From: Burkholderiales bacterium
GTDB taxonomy: Bacteria; Pseudomonadota; Gammaproteobacteria; Burkholderiales; SG8-41
Reading direction: 5' to 3'
DNA length: 63,921 nt
Assembly (NCBI GenBank): GCA_050250695.1
Contig: JBFWOE010000004.1
Location: forward strand, 1-63,921
Positions 63,393 to 63,921 of the stretch are shown in pieces; the first letter of the stretch is position 1, and every line of letters begins with the position of its first letter. The position numbers and the translations under genes are program-made. A model generated the notes under the pieces. It saw nothing but the letters and a program-made list of their open reading frames with translations. It made no database searches and was not told the origin of the DNA.

Positions 63393-63872
63393 TCAGTGCC
63401 GGTGATCGTGGACTGCCGGCTTGCCCCTGATATCGCGAACTTCGACCGACAGATCGACGGTCTCGCGCCTCTTGTCCGCCAGTTCAAAGGTGAGCTGCAG
63501 CGGCACCTTGTCGCCGGCCTTCAGGGATTGCTGCAGATTCATCAGCATTACGTGATAGCCGCCGGGCGCCAGCTTCACGGGCTTTCCGGCAGGAAGGTCG
63601 ACGCCTTGTACCGGAAACATCCTCATCACGCCGTTTTCAACCTTCATGTTGTGCACTTCCACGTTTTTTGCTGCCGGACTCGCCGCGCCGACCAGGCGCG
63701 CATTCGACTTGCCGGTGAGCTCCATGAATGCGCCGGTCGCGTTCTGCCCCTGCACCGTGCCGCGGATCCAGGCGTCCTTGACGATGATGTTTTGCGCGTG
63801 CGCCGCGCCTGACCACAGCAGTGCCATCAGCAACGCACCGCGCATTGTATTTCCGAAAAATGCGGAAATCAT
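63393..63872 (-). CDS. periplasmic copper chaperone PCu(A)C (DUF461)
   Basis: 159 aa with a signal peptide. Cu(I) ligands lie in ...VEVHNMKVENGVMRM... and GGYHVMLMNL. AAGGA SD lies 7 nt upstream of ATG 63872. Confidence 0.85.
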   Translation of the reverse strand: MISAFFGNTMRGALLMALLWSGAAHAQNIIVKDAWIRGTVQGQNATGAFMELTGKSNARLVGAASPAAKNVEVHNMKVENGVMRMFPVQGVDLPAGKPVKLAPGGYHVMLMNLQQSLKAGDKVPLQLTFELADKRRETVDLSVEVRDIRGKPAVHDHRH

Positions 63873-63921
63873 AAAATATCCTTTAAAATCAAATACTTAA
63901 ATTATATTTGCCACTTGAAGC

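Overview
This is a visibly GC-rich chromosomal segment (roughly two-thirds G+C by eye, not computed). Its gene content and synteny are typical of a betaproteobacterium, Rhodocyclales/Nitrosomonadales-like: gatCAB opposite mreBCD-mrdA-rodA-rlpA, gshA(T. ferrooxidans type)-gshB-EIIA-HPr-EI, metXW, and porin-glnK-amtB. I call 56 protein-coding genes, packed tightly with many 1-14 nt start/stop overlaps. The ORF track labels TTG and GTG starts as M, so several starts were re-placed by reading the codons. I see no rRNA, tRNA, CRISPR array, transposase, integrase or phage genes, so this looks like core genome rather than an island. The most unusual locus is a six-gene minus-strand operon (10651-15397). 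A Tat-exported xanthine-oxidase-family molybdoenzyme ([2Fe-2S] plus Moco subunits) is translationally fused to a SoxY-like carrier, followed by SoxZ, SoxX and SoxA, with no SoxB or SoxCD in the window. The carrier has a non-canonical cysteine arm (...SACIGDLV instead of GGCGG). Other points worth a second look:
- a terminator-shaped leader abutting the metX start codon (candidate SAM-type riboswitch or attenuator);
- a sigma-54/NtrC-type promoter driving a TorF-family porin ahead of glnK-amtB;
- a CPBP protease and PhyH dioxygenase translationally coupled to the end of metH;
- a methyltransferase/ATP-grasp/small-DMT string of unknown function;
- a three-gene 2-oxoacid oxidoreductase with a GltD-ferredoxin fusion subunit.
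All function calls come from motifs read in the translated ORFs. No database search was run.
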